Below, piece after piece: positions 13,222-23,264 of a DNA stretch of 64,000 nt. Below the pieces are notes generated by a model, which did not search any database, was not told the DNA's origin, and saw only the letters and a list, made by a program, of their open reading frames with translations. Numbering within the stretch: the first letter of the stretch is position 1; each line of letters opens with the position of its first letter. Origin of the DNA: an uncultured Acidobacteriota bacterium (GTDB taxonomy: Bacteria; Acidobacteriota; Thermoanaerobaculia; UBA5066; Gp7-AA6); NCBI GenBank assembly GCA_963764715.1, contig CAVXTP010000017.1, forward strand, positions 32,001 to 96,000. Reading direction: 5' to 3'. The position numbers were made by a program, and so were the translations under genes.

Positions 13222-14244
13222 ATGGATCTCTCGACGACCTACCTCGGCCTCCACCTGCCGCACCCCCTGATGCCCGGCTCCTCCCCGCTCGCCGACGACC
13301 TCGACACGGTCCGGCGCCTCGAGGACGCGGGGGCCGCCGCGATCGTCATGCGCTCGCTCTTCGAGGAGCAGATCGTCGGCGACGAGATGGCGACCTACCA
13401 CGCGCACGAGGCGCCGAGCGAGTCCTACGCCGAGGCGCTCTCCTACCTGCCCGAGCCGTCGATCTTCTCCCTCGGCACGCACGAGTACCTCGAGCAGCTC
13501 CAGCGCATCAAGGCCGCGGTCGCGATCCCCGTGATCGCGTCGTTGAACGGGACGACGCCGGACAACTGGATCGAGTACGCGCGCCTGATCGCGCAGGGCG
13601 GCGCGGACGCGCTCGAGCTCAACATCTACGACCTGCCGACCGACCCCCGGGAGTCGAGCGAGGACGTGGAGCGGCGCGTCCTCGACGTGGTCACGACGCT
13701 GCGCGAGGCGGTCAGCCTGCCGCTCGCCGTCAAGCTCTCGCCCTTCTACTCGTCGCTCGCGAGCCTCTCGCGGCGGCTGGAGCTCGCCAGGGCCGACGGC
13801 CTCGTGATCTTCAACCGCTTCTACCAGCCGGACTTCGACGTCGAAAACCTCGAGGTCGTTCCGAAGGCGCGCCTCTCGAGCCCGACCGAGCTCCTGCTGC
13901 GGCTGCGGTGGCTCTCGATCCTCTCGGGCCAGGTCGACCTCTCGCTCGCCGTCACGGGCGGCGTCCACACCGCGATCGACGCGGTCAAGGCGGTCATGGC
14001 CGGGGCCCACGCCGTCCAGCTGGTCTCGGTCTTGCTACGCCGTGGACCCGAGGCCCTCGGCCGCATTCGCGGGGAGCTCTCCCGGTGGCTCGAGGAGCAC
14101 GGGTACGAGTCGCTGCGCCAGATGCAGGGGAGCATGAGCGCCGGCCGCGGCGCGAGCCCGGCGGCCCTCGAGCGGGTCCAGTACATGCGGGTGTTGCAGA
14201 GCTGGCGCCCCGAAGACGAGGCGCCCGCGGGGAGGGAACAATGA
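13222..14244 (+). CDS. Dihydroorotate dehydrogenase-like flavoprotein (PFOR-associated)
   Basis: MDLSTTYLGL, SLFEEQI, PVIASLNG, VKLSPFYS, FNRFYQPD, TGGVH; the true start lies within the 4636..14244 ORF. Confidence 0.9.
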   Translation: MDLSTTYLGLHLPHPLMPGSSPLADDLDTVRRLEDAGAAAIVMRSLFEEQIVGDEMATYHAHEAPSESYAEALSYLPEPSIFSLGTHEYLEQLQRIKAAVAIPVIASLNGTTPDNWIEYARLIAQGGADALELNIYDLPTDPRESSEDVERRVLDVVTTLREAVSLPLAVKLSPFYSSLASLSRRLELARADGLVIFNRFYQPDFDVENLEVVPKARLSSPTELLLRLRWLSILSGQVDLSLAVTGGVHTAIDAVKAVMAGAHAVQLVSVLLRRGPEALGRIRGELSRWLEEHGYESLRQMQGSMSAGRGASPAALERVQYMRVLQSWRPEDEAPAGREQ

Positions 14245-14456
14245 TGACGATCGAGATCTTCACGGCGCTCCCCGAGGGCCGGACGGTTCCGGACGAGGGT
14301 ACGGTCGTCAAGTGCCCGTGCTGCGGGCGCAACGGCATCCTGCAGGAGCACGGGCTGTGCGGGCCGCGCTGCCTCCACGCCGAGACGACGACCGTCTTCG
14401 GCGACGGGATGCTCGTCGAGCCCACCGACTGCTGCACCCTGCCACCTCTGCGGTAG
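14241..14456 (+). CDS. Small Cys-rich hypothetical protein (71 aa)
   Basis: GGGAGG RBS; ATGA overlap with the upstream stop; KCPCCG...C...CLH...DCC. Confidence 0.65.
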   Translation: MMTIEIFTALPEGRTVPDEGTVVKCPCCGRNGILQEHGLCGPRCLHAETTTVFGDGMLVEPTDCCTLPPLR

Positions 14457-14466
14457 CATCGGCCGA

Positions 14467-15396
14467 GTGACCGAGGACCTGGACGACACGGCCGAACTGC
14501 CGGCGTTGGAGCACAAGGAGGCGCCGCAGCCCGCGGGCGTTTCCTCGCTCGTCGAGCTCGATCTCGCCGCGCTCTCCGATCCGGGCCGGGTCCGGAAGAA
14601 CAACGAGGACACGTTTTTCGCCGCGCGCTTCGACCGCTCGATGCGGATGCTCCAGACGAACCTGCCTGCGGGCCAGATCCCGCCCTGGTATTCCGAGACC
14701 GCCTACGGAATGCTCGTCGCCGACGGCGTCGGCGGCGCGGCGGCGGGCGAGATCGCGAGCCGGACGGCCGTCCTGGCCCTCGTCGACCTCGCCATCGAGA
14801 CGCCCGACTGGATCATGCGCCTGGATGAAGCCCGCTCCCGCGAGATCCTCCAGAGGATGGAGCGCCGATTCCAGCAGATCCGCGAGACCCTGGTCGAGCA
14901 TGCCGCCGCGGACCCGACGCTGCGCGGCATGGGGACGACCATGACGGTCGCGTGCAGTCTCGGGCCGGAGCTCCTGACGGCGCACGTCGGCGATTCGCGC
15001 GCGTACGTGTTCCGCAAGGGCGGCCGGCTCGAGCGCCTGACGCGGGACCAGACGATGGCCCAGTCGCTCGCCGACTCCGGAGCGATCACCCAGGCCGAGG
15101 TGGCGACGAGTCCCTACCGCCACGTGCTGACGAGCGCGCTGGCGACCCGCGGTGCGTTCGTGCAGGTGGAGCTGAAGCGCACGCACCTTTCGGACGGCGA
15201 CCAGATTCTCCTGTGCTCCGACGGCCTGACCGAGATGGTGCCCGACGACGTGATCGCCCGCGAGCTCGCGGCCCCGGGTAAGGCGGCCCCCGTCTGCCGT
15301 CGCCTCGTCGACTTCGCGCTCGAGGCGGGCGGCAAGGACAACGTCACCGTCGTCCTCGGGCGGTACCGCATCCCCGAATCCGTCGCCGCGGCCTGA
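14467..15396 (+). CDS. PP2C/PrpC-type protein phosphatase
   Basis: GRVRKNNED, VADGVGG, GMGTT, HVGDSRAY, LCSDGL, GGKDNVT. Confidence 0.93.
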   Translation: MTEDLDDTAELPALEHKEAPQPAGVSSLVELDLAALSDPGRVRKNNEDTFFAARFDRSMRMLQTNLPAGQIPPWYSETAYGMLVADGVGGAAAGEIASRTAVLALVDLAIETPDWIMRLDEARSREILQRMERRFQQIRETLVEHAAADPTLRGMGTTMTVACSLGPELLTAHVGDSRAYVFRKGGRLERLTRDQTMAQSLADSGAITQAEVATSPYRHVLTSALATRGAFVQVELKRTHLSDGDQILLCSDGLTEMVPDDVIARELAAPGKAAPVCRRLVDFALEAGGKDNVTVVLGRYRIPESVAAA

Positions 15397-15417
15397 AAGC
15401 CGCGAGAGAGAGCGGCG

Positions 15418-16896
15418 ATCGGTCGCCTCCGCCGGGCCGCCCTGCTGCTCGCTCTCGCCGCGCCGCTCGCCGCCGCCGAGGAGCCCTCGGCCCCTTCCTC
15501 CCCCGGCGACCTGATCCTGATCGACAGTTTCGGGCACATGGTCGTCGTGCCGGCGTCGCAGGTGCACCCGCGCCTCCGGCCGCCGCCCGACCTTCCGATC
15601 GAACAGCAGGTGCCCGACACGCCGGCGGGCTCGAAGCTCTCCGCCGAGCTTCTTCGGAGAATGGATTCTGGCCGCCGGACAAGCTTCACGCTCTTCCCCG
15701 CCGTGCCTCCCACGCTCGCGTCGTACCTCGCCGGGCTCGACGACCTCGGCAACACGGCGATCCAGCCCGGCCCGTTGCTCGACGTCGCCCCGCTCGAGCC
15801 CTGGGTCCAGGGCGCCAAGTACTGGCTCGGAGCGCGCGGCCTGCGGTACAGCCTCTCGCAGGTCTTCACCTACACCGGCGTCCCCGGCACCCCGTCGGGC
15901 TCCCCCAACATGGGTTACTACACCGTCAAGCTCTTCGCGAAATGGGCGGTTTACGAATCGCCCGCCTCCGGCACCGCCGGCTGGTTGAGCGCCGAGGTGT
16001 CCGCGAAGGAGGGGCTCGGCGGCGCCGGCGCGAACCAGGGCGCCGGGGCGAACATCGGAAGCCTCACCAATCCGACGGGCGTCTTCTCGGCCCGCAACGG
16101 CGGCCGGGTCCCGGAGCTCGCGTGGCAGCAGTCGCTGGCGAACGGACGATTCGTCGCCGTCGCCGGCGTCGTCGACCAGAGCAACTACCTCGACACCAAC
16201 ACCTACGCGAACACGGGACGCGGCCAGTTCCTGAACTCCGCCCTCATCAACAGCATGGTCGTGCCGCTGCCCCAGTTCAACTTCGCGCTCAACCTGCAGT
16301 GGCAACCCGCCGACGAGTGGTACGCCATCGTCGGCGCCACCGCCGGCAACGCCACCGCGGGTGAAACGCCGTGGACCGACTTCTCCTGGCAAGCCTGGTC
16401 CGTCGTCACGGAGATCGGCTTCGCGCCCGCCGACTTTCTCGGCCTCGGCGAAGGCGTCTACCGGCTCCAGCCGTTTCTCGCGCAGTCCGGGGGGCCGACC
16501 CAGGGCGGCGTGGCCCTCAACTTCCAGCAGCAGCTCGGCCACGCATCGCGTTTCGCCGCGTTCGGCCGCTTCGGCGTCGGCGGAGCGCAAGCCTCAGCGG
16601 GAGCCTCGGCCCAGGTCGGGACCGGCCTCGTCGTCAAGGCGCCATTTCAGGGCTTCGACGTCCTCAAGGACCTCACCAACGACCTCGCGGGCGTCGGCTT
16701 CGTCTGGAGCCAGCCGTCGGCGACGACGCGCGCCGTGTACCACCGCAACGAGTACGTCGCCGAGGCCTTCTTCACCTTTCAGCTCTCGCCCCTGTCCCGG
16801 TTCGAGCCCGACCTCCAGCTCGTCTGGAACCCGATCTTCAATCCGGACGCCGGCCCGTACGCGGTCATCCAGGCCCAGTTCATCCTCGGGTGGTGA
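15418..16896 (+). CDS. OprB-family carbohydrate porin (start uncertain)
   Basis: QFLNSALIN, EAFFTFQLSP...PDLQLVWNP, C-terminal aromatic residue. A signal-peptide-like RLRRAALLLALAAPLAAA lies in frame upstream of the first ATG (15538). Confidence 0.75.
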   Translation: MGRLRRAALLLALAAPLAAAEEPSAPSSPGDLILIDSFGHMVVVPASQVHPRLRPPPDLPIEQQVPDTPAGSKLSAELLRRMDSGRRTSFTLFPAVPPTLASYLAGLDDLGNTAIQPGPLLDVAPLEPWVQGAKYWLGARGLRYSLSQVFTYTGVPGTPSGSPNMGYYTVKLFAKWAVYESPASGTAGWLSAEVSAKEGLGGAGANQGAGANIGSLTNPTGVFSARNGGRVPELAWQQSLANGRFVAVAGVVDQSNYLDTNTYANTGRGQFLNSALINSMVVPLPQFNFALNLQWQPADEWYAIVGATAGNATAGETPWTDFSWQAWSVVTEIGFAPADFLGLGEGVYRLQPFLAQSGGPTQGGVALNFQQQLGHASRFAAFGRFGVGGAQASAGASAQVGTGLVVKAPFQGFDVLKDLTNDLAGVGFVWSQPSATTRAVYHRNEYVAEAFFTFQLSPLSRFEPDLQLVWNPIFNPDAGPYAVIQAQFILGW

Positions 16897-16951
16897 CGCG
16901 GGCCGCTCCGCGGCTTGCAGTAGCATGCGCCCAGATTTCGGAGGAGCCGCC

Positions 16952-18424
16952 ATGGCGTTTCGCCGTCTGTCGATCGCGGTCTTTTCGGTCCTGAGCCTCG
17001 CCCTGCCGCTCCGCGCCCAGGAGGGCTACCCGCTCTTCACGACCGACTTCCCGCCCGAGGAGTTCGCCGCGCGGCGCGCGAAGGTCTACGAGGCGATCGG
17101 CACAGACGCCTTCGCCGTGGTCCAGGGCGCGCCCTCCCCGCCGAGCTACACGCGCTTCCGGCAGTCGAACGAGCTCTACTACCTCTGCGGCATCGAGGTG
17201 CCCCACGCCTACCTCATCCTGGACGGCCGGGCGAAGAAGGCGACGCTGTTTCTGCCCAACCGCAACGAGGGCCGCGAGAAGGGCGAGGGCAAGGTGCTCT
17301 CGGCCGAAGACGCCGACGAGATCAGGAAGCTGTCCGGGGTCGACGCCGTGGCCTCGACCGACGTCCTCGCCGAGCAGCTCGAGAACCGGTACATGCGGCA
17401 GGGCCTGCGCGTCCTCTACACGCCGCTCGCTCCCGCCGAGGGCGGCGCGATGAGCCGGGACCTCGCGCTGCGCTTCACCGCGGACGCGGCCGCCGACCCG
17501 TTCGACGGGCGGCCCTCGCGCGCAGGCAACTTCACGGGCCTGATCCGCGGGCGCTTCCCGTTCTTCGAGATCAAGGACCTCTCCCCGACGCTCGACGCGC
17601 TGCGCCTGATCAAGAGCGAGCGAGAGCTCGCGGTCCTCCGCAAGGCCACGAAGCTCGCGGGCCTCGCGATCCTCGAGAGCATGCGGTCCGTCCGGCCGGG
17701 CCAGTACGAGCGGGAGCTCGACGCCGTCGCGAAGTTCGTCTTCTACCGCAACGGCGCGCAGGGCGATGCGTACTACTCGCTGATCGGCAGCGGCCGCAAC
17801 GCCTACTGGCCGCACTACAACGCCGGGAAGCGGAAGATGGAGGACGGCGACTTCCTCCTGATGGACTACGCCCCGGACTACGGGTACTACATGGCCGACG
17901 TCACGCGGATGTTCCCCGTCAACGGGAAGTTCTCCCAGTGGCAGAAAGAGCTCTACGGGTTCTATCTCGCCTGCTACCGCGAGATCCTCAAGGCGCTCGG
18001 CCCGGGCAAGACGGGGGCCGAGGTCATCCGGCAGGCCGGCGCCGCCATGGACCCGATCCTCGCCGCCGCGAAGTTCTCGAAGCCCTCCCACCGCAAGGCG
18101 GCCGAGGACTTCGTCGCGAGCTACAAGAAGAGCGGCGAGAGCGAGTACCCGTACGTCGGCCACTGGGTCGGGATGGCGACCCACGACGTCGGTTCCCACG
18201 AAGGCCCGCTGAAGCCGGGCATGGTTTTCACGATCGAGCCGGCGCTGACCGTGCCCGACGAGAAGATCTACGTCCGGCTCGAGGACATGGTCTTCATCAC
18301 CGCGACCGGCGCCGAGGTCGTCTCCAACGACGCCCCCTGGGACATCGACGCGATCGAGAAGGCGATGAAGGAAGAGGGGATGCTGAAGAAGTACCCGCGG
18401 GTGTATCCGCCGCCGGAGAAGTAG
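16952..18424 (+). CDS. Exported Xaa-Pro aminopeptidase (M24B)
   Basis: FRQSNELYYLCG, LMDYAPD..YMADVTR, GHWVGMATHDVG, FTIEP, VRLED; signal peptide. Confidence 0.92.
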   Translation: MAFRRLSIAVFSVLSLALPLRAQEGYPLFTTDFPPEEFAARRAKVYEAIGTDAFAVVQGAPSPPSYTRFRQSNELYYLCGIEVPHAYLILDGRAKKATLFLPNRNEGREKGEGKVLSAEDADEIRKLSGVDAVASTDVLAEQLENRYMRQGLRVLYTPLAPAEGGAMSRDLALRFTADAAADPFDGRPSRAGNFTGLIRGRFPFFEIKDLSPTLDALRLIKSERELAVLRKATKLAGLAILESMRSVRPGQYERELDAVAKFVFYRNGAQGDAYYSLIGSGRNAYWPHYNAGKRKMEDGDFLLMDYAPDYGYYMADVTRMFPVNGKFSQWQKELYGFYLACYREILKALGPGKTGAEVIRQAGAAMDPILAAAKFSKPSHRKAAEDFVASYKKSGESEYPYVGHWVGMATHDVGSHEGPLKPGMVFTIEPALTVPDEKIYVRLEDMVFITATGAEVVSNDAPWDIDAIEKAMKEEGMLKKYPRVYPPPEK

Positions 18425-18448
18425 GGGCAAGACTCGACGCCCCGGTAC

Positions 18449-18538
18449 GTAGGGGCGGGGCTTGCCCCCGCCCTCTCCATGGATTCTGCAGCGGCCGCTC
18501 GATCTCGAACGGGGGGCGGCCACGAGGGCCGCCCCTAC
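18449..18538. repeat. Family B REP pair
   Basis: gtaggggcggggcttgcccccgccct ... gggcggccacgagggccgcccctac. Confidence 0.85.
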
Positions 18539-18639
18539 GAACCGGGGCGCGGCATCAGTTAGGCTCCACCACCATCGATTGAGGCGCGGGCGGATTCCGG
18601 CACGGACCGCGTCCGGCCCTCGATCTATGATCCCCGCGC

Positions 18640-19750
18640 GTGGCGAACCTGTCGGACACCGTCCAGGCCGTGTTCATGACGGCGCCCGGCCGTCCGCTCG
18701 AGGCGCGGCGCCTGCCCGCGCCCCGCCCCCGCCCCGGCGGCGCGGTGCTCGAGACCGTCGCGAGCGAGGTCTGCGGCACCGACGTCCACCTCCACCACGG
18801 CCGGCTCTCGGGCGTTCCCTACCCGATCATCCCGGGCCACGTGAGTGTCGGCCGGGTCCTCGAGACGAACGGAACGCTCGCCGACGTCGAGGGGCGCGCG
18901 ATCGCGCCGGGGACGCTCGTCACGTTCTACGACGTCTACGGAACGTGCGGCGCCTGCTGGCACTGCCTCGTCGCCCGCGCGGCGACGCGCTGCCCGCATC
19001 GCCGGGTCTACGGCATCACGGCCGCCGCCTCGGACGGGCTGCTCGGAGGCTGGTCGGAGCGGATCGAGATTCTCCCGGGAGTCCGGCTGGTGCCGCTGCC
19101 CGAGGGGATCGGCGCCGAGGATTTCCTGGGCGGCGGATGCGGCCTGCCGACCGGTTTCCACGCGGTCGAGCGCGCCGGCATCGCGATGGGCGACACCGTC
19201 GTCGTCCAGGGCTCGGGGCCCGTGGGCCTGAACGCCGCGATCTTCGCGCAGCTCTCGGGAGCGCTCGCGGTCTACGTCGTCGGCGCGCCGGAGGCGCGGC
19301 TCGACGGCCGCGCGGCGTCTCGGCGCGGAGGACACGCTCGACATCACCCGGGTTCCGGCGCTCGCCGACCGCGTCGCGTGGGTGCGCGACCGGACGCGCG
19401 GCCGGGGCGCCGACGTCGTCATCGAAGCCTCGGGCAACCCGGCGGCCGTCCCGGAAGGGCTCGAGATGCTCCGCGACGGCGGCCGCTACGTCGTCGTCGG
19501 ACAGTACACCGACTCGGGCGACGCCACGGTCAACCCCCATCGCCAGATCAACCGCAAGCACGCGACCGTCCTCGGCTGCTGGGGTTACGAGTTCTCGCAC
19601 CTCCACCGGTCGCTCGCCCTGATGGCGCGCCACGACGGCCGCTTCCGCTGGCGCGAGCTCGTCACCCGCGAGTACCCGCTCGAGAAGGCGGGCGAGGCGC
19701 TGGCGGACATGGAGAAGCTGGCGGTCGTCAAGGCCCTGATCCGGCCGTAG
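18640..19750 (+). pseudogene. Zn-dependent (MDR) alcohol dehydrogenase with a frameshift near 19306
   Basis: CGTD, CGACWHC..C and GSGPVG in one frame; GADVVIEASG...VKALIRP in another; removing one G restores LDAARRLGAEDTLD. Confidence 0.8.
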
Positions 19751-19757
19751 CCACGAA

Positions 19758-19840
19758 GGGCGGGGATGAACCCCGCCCCTACGACGAGAGCCCGCATCGA
19801 GCTTGGCCACGGTCGTAGGGGCGGCCCTTGTGGCCGCCCT
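19758..19840. repeat. Family B REP pair between convergent genes
   Basis: gggcggggatgaaccccgcccctac ... gtaggggcggcccttgtggccgccct. Confidence 0.85.
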
Positions 19841-19886
19841 CCGCCACCGATGACGGGATCCGCTGCGCCGCTGCACGGCTTCACCA

Positions 19887-20534
19887 CTACTCCCGCGATC
19901 CCGGCTCCTTCTCGATCCACAGCGGGTCCGGCACCCTGACGCCGAAGCGGACCGAGACCATTCGCAGAGCCACGATCGTCGCGAACCCGAGCGCCGCGCC
20001 GAGAAGCGGCGAGGCGCCGAGCCAGGTCGAACCGAGGAAGGCCCACGCCCCGGCGAACGACGAAACCGCGTAGAGCTCGCCCGGGCGAAAGACCACGGGG
20101 ATCTCGGTCGACACGACGTCGCGGAGCACGCCGCCGAAGGTCCCGGTGATCACGCCGATCAGGGACGCCACGAACGGAGGCATCCCCTGGTGCAGGGCGA
20201 AGCCCGTTCCCGTCAGCGTGAAGAGCGCCAGGCCCATCGCGTCGACGAAGACCGCCTGGCCGTGCCAGCGGCTGACGCGTTCGTAGACCGCCTTGCTGTA
20301 CACGAAGCCGACGCAGAGGACGACGATGACGAGCAGGTACTCCTCGTGGCTGACCCAGAAGAAGGGCCGGCGGTCGATCAGGAGATCGCGCAGCGTCCCG
20401 CCGCCGAGCGCGGTGACGACGGCCAGGCAGTACGTCCCGACGATGTCCATGCGCTTGCGCGCGGCCGTGATCATTCCGGAGACGGCGCTGACGACGACCG
20501 CCGCCGCCTCGAGCACGCCCGTCAGGTGCGGCAC
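19887..20534 (-). CDS. TRIC/UPF0126 (YadS-like) membrane protein
   Basis: Duplicated motifs TALGGGTLRDLL and TGTFGGVLRDVV; DAMGLALF; ELYA. Confidence 0.9.
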   Translation of the reverse strand: MPHLTGVLEAAAVVVSAVSGMITAARKRMDIVGTYCLAVVTALGGGTLRDLLIDRRPFFWVSHEEYLLVIVVLCVGFVYSKAVYERVSRWHGQAVFVDAMGLALFTLTGTGFALHQGMPPFVASLIGVITGTFGGVLRDVVSTEIPVVFRPGELYAVSSFAGAWAFLGSTWLGASPLLGAALGFATIVALRMVSVRFGVRVPDPLWIEKEPGSRE

Positions 20535-20537
20535 GGG

Positions 20538-21107
20538 CTACGGGCGGCGGGGCGAGGCCACGGCCGGCGGCGGCGCGAGGATCGGAAATCCGTTCGGGCC
20601 GATCGGCGGCGGGACCGACCCGGCCGTTCCCGGCGGCGCAATGATCGGAAACCCGTTCGGCCCGATTCGGGAGGGCGGCGGCGGACCGGGCGGCCGCGGG
20701 GGCCGAGGCCCGGGGTAGTAGCCGCCGCCCCAGGAGTACTCGCTGTATCCGTATCCCGGGTCGTAGTAACCCGCGGAGGGCGGGGCCGGCGGGGCTTCGG
20801 GCATCACGTACCCGGGGCCCTCGACCGCGTTGCCGACGTAGACCGTCTCGCCGGGCGCGAGCTTCTCCGACTTCGGCGGTTCCCCCTCCCGGGCCACGAC
20901 CTTCTCGACTTCCGAGGCCGACAGGCTCATGTAGATGCCGTCCGGATACCTGTGGAAAACCAGCACCCGCCCCTTCTTCAGGGGCAGGTCGGCCGAAAAA
21001 ATCTGCGAACCCCCCTTCAGCTCGAGGGCGTAGTAACCCAACGGGGCCGCGGAGGAGGCGTCAGCCGCCAGCGCCACGGCCAGAAAGCTGCTGAGCAGGC
21101 GAAACAT
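20538..21107 (-). CDS. Exported protein with Pro-rich C-terminus
   Basis: MFRLLSSFLAVALAADA signal peptide; two IGPNGFPI.APP repeats. Confidence 0.65.
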   Translation of the reverse strand: MFRLLSSFLAVALAADASSAAPLGYYALELKGGSQIFSADLPLKKGRVLVFHRYPDGIYMSLSASEVEKVVAREGEPPKSEKLAPGETVYVGNAVEGPGYVMPEAPPAPPSAGYYDPGYGYSEYSWGGGYYPGPRPPRPPGPPPPSRIGPNGFPIIAPPGTAGSVPPPIGPNGFPILAPPPAVASPRRP

Positions 21108-21248
21108 GGGCGACACCCCCCTGTTCTTTGGGTCAGGCCGGCTATGGTATAGACTCACAGGTCTGGGCGAAACAGGGCCGGTTCCGGCACGGGTGGTGGG
21201 GATCCCGCCCAGCTCACGAAACCGTAAGACATCGAGGATCGACGAATA

Positions 21249-23264
21249 ATGTCCGTCCGAAACGATTCGGGCTTGGGGCCCGATAGCGTCCCGAGCCAGG
21301 CGCAGCGCGCCTCCGTCCGAAACGCCGTCGAAGCCGCACAGAGATATCTCCTTTCGATTCAGGCCGAGGACGGCCATTGGTGCGGAGAGCTCGAGGGCGA
21401 CACCATCCTGGAATCCGAGTACGTGCTGACAATGCACTTTCTCGGGCGCCTCGGAGAGGACCGGTGCCGCAAGGCCGCCGAGTACCTCCGCCGGAAGCAG
21501 CTTCCGGGGGGCGGCTGGGCGATCTACGAGGGGGGGCCCCCCGAGGTCTCGTCTTCCGTCAAAGCTTACTTCGTCCTGAAGTTGATGGGCGACGACCCCG
21601 ACGCGCCGCACATGGTCAAGGCCCGCGAGACCATTCTGTCCCTCGGCGGGATCGAGGCCTGCAACTCCTTCACACGGATTTATCTCGCGGTCTTCGGACA
21701 GTGCTCGTGGGACGACTGCCCCGCGGTGCCGCCGGAGATCGTGCTGCTGCCGGACTCGTTCGTCTTCAACATCTACAAGATGTCGTCCTGGTCCCGCGGC
21801 ATCGTCGTCCCGCTCTCGGTCATCTGGGCCTCGAAGCCCTTTTGCCCGGTGCCGGACTTCGCCGCGATCCCGGAGCTCCACATCAAGCACAAGAAGGCCC
21901 CGCACGTTCCGCGCTCGCGCAGGGAGCGCTACTGGAGGGCCTTCTTCGTCAAGATCGACCACGCCTTCAAGCGGCTCGAGGCGGCGGGCATGACCCCCCT
22001 GCGCAAGAAGGCCCTCGCGGCCTGCGAGCAGTGGATCCACGAGCGGCTGGTCCAGTCCGACGGGCTCGGGGCCATCTTCCCGCCGATCATCAACACGATC
22101 ATCGCGTTCCGCTGCCTGGGATACGCGATGGACGATCCGCGGCTCGTCAAGCAGGTCAAGGAGCTGGAGCGGCTGGAGCTCGAGGACGAGGAGACGCTCC
22201 ACGTCCAGCCCTGCTTCTCCCCCGTCTGGGACACGGCGCTCGTCATGGAGGCCCTGTCCGACGGCGGAACGCCGGCCGACGATCCGGCGATGCTCAAGGC
22301 CGCCCGCTGGCTCCTCGACAAGGAAGTCAAAACGATCGGCGACTGCAAGAAGGCCTGCCCCGAGGCCGAGCCCGGCGGCTGGTACTTCGAGTACGCCAAC
22401 GAGTGGTACCCCGACACCGACGACACGGCCGAGGTCCTGACGGCCCTCTCGCGGGCCAGGTTCCCCGGCGAGGCCGACGACCTCGCCCGCCAGGGAGCGA
22501 TCGCGCGCGGCCAGGCGTGGCTGCTCGCGATGCAGAACCGGGACGGCGGCTGGGGCGCCTTCGACAAGGATTGCGACAACGAAGTCCTGACGTACATCCC
22601 CTTCGCCGACCACAACGCGATGATCGACCCGAGCTGCGAGGACATCACCGGCCGCGCGCTCGAGGCCTTCCACGCGATCGGCGTGCCGGCCGACCACCCG
22701 GCGGTCCGCCGCGCGGCGGAGTTCGTCGAGAGCAAGCAGTACCCCGACGGGACCTGGTACGGCCGCTGGGGCTGCAACTACATCTACGGCTCCTTCCTCG
22801 CGCTGCGGGGACTGCTGCACGCCGGGGCAGACCTGCGCGAGCCCCGCTTCCAGAAGACCGCGGCGTGGATCCGCTCCTGCCAGAACGCCGACGGCGGCTG
22901 GGGCGAGCTCCCGCACTCCTACGACGATCCCTCGACCAAAGGCCAGGGCCCCTCGACGCCCTCGCAGACGGCCTGGGCGCTCGTGGCGCTCTTCTCGACC
23001 GGCGATCGCGACTCCGAGTCCGTGCGCCGAGGGGTCGAGTACCTCCTGTCCCACCAGCTCTACGACGGCTCCTGGAAGGACGACCACTGGACCGCGACCG
23101 GGTTCCCGAAAGTCTTCTACCTGCGCTACCACCTCTACGCGACCTACTTTCCTCTCCGGGCGCTCGCGCTCTACGCGCGCGAGGGAACGACCGGAGTGTC
23201 CCGCCGGGCCGAGTACGGCGAGAACGTCCACGCCTCCCGGCGAACCGATCACGGAGTGAACTGA
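21249..23264 (+). CDS. shc: Squalene-hopene cyclase
   Basis: DTDDTAEV catalytic motif, QW repeats (QNRDGGWG, QNADGGWGE), SPVWDT, GRWGCNYIYG, GFPKVFYLRYH. Confidence 0.97.
   Translation: MSVRNDSGLGPDSVPSQAQRASVRNAVEAAQRYLLSIQAEDGHWCGELEGDTILESEYVLTMHFLGRLGEDRCRKAAEYLRRKQLPGGGWAIYEGGPPEVSSSVKAYFVLKLMGDDPDAPHMVKARETILSLGGIEACNSFTRIYLAVFGQCSWDDCPAVPPEIVLLPDSFVFNIYKMSSWSRGIVVPLSVIWASKPFCPVPDFAAIPELHIKHKKAPHVPRSRRERYWRAFFVKIDHAFKRLEAAGMTPLRKKALAACEQWIHERLVQSDGLGAIFPPIINTIIAFRCLGYAMDDPRLVKQVKELERLELEDEETLHVQPCFSPVWDTALVMEALSDGGTPADDPAMLKAARWLLDKEVKTIGDCKKACPEAEPGGWYFEYANEWYPDTDDTAEVLTALSRARFPGEADDLARQGAIARGQAWLLAMQNRDGGWGAFDKDCDNEVLTYIPFADHNAMIDPSCEDITGRALEAFHAIGVPADHPAVRRAAEFVESKQYPDGTWYGRWGCNYIYGSFLALRGLLHAGADLREPRFQKTAAWIRSCQNADGGWGELPHSYDDPSTKGQGPSTPSQTAWALVALFSTGDRDSESVRRGVEYLLSHQLYDGSWKDDHWTATGFPKVFYLRYHLYATYFPLRALALYAREGTTGVSRRAEYGENVHASRRTDHGVN

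Noticed and set aside
15394-15396. Selenocysteine or readthrough fusion of PP2C with the porin
   Set aside because: The TGA falls at the natural PP2C C-terminus, not at a Cys-equivalent site. I recognised no SECIS-like hairpin, and a cytoplasmic phosphatase-porin fusion is implausible.
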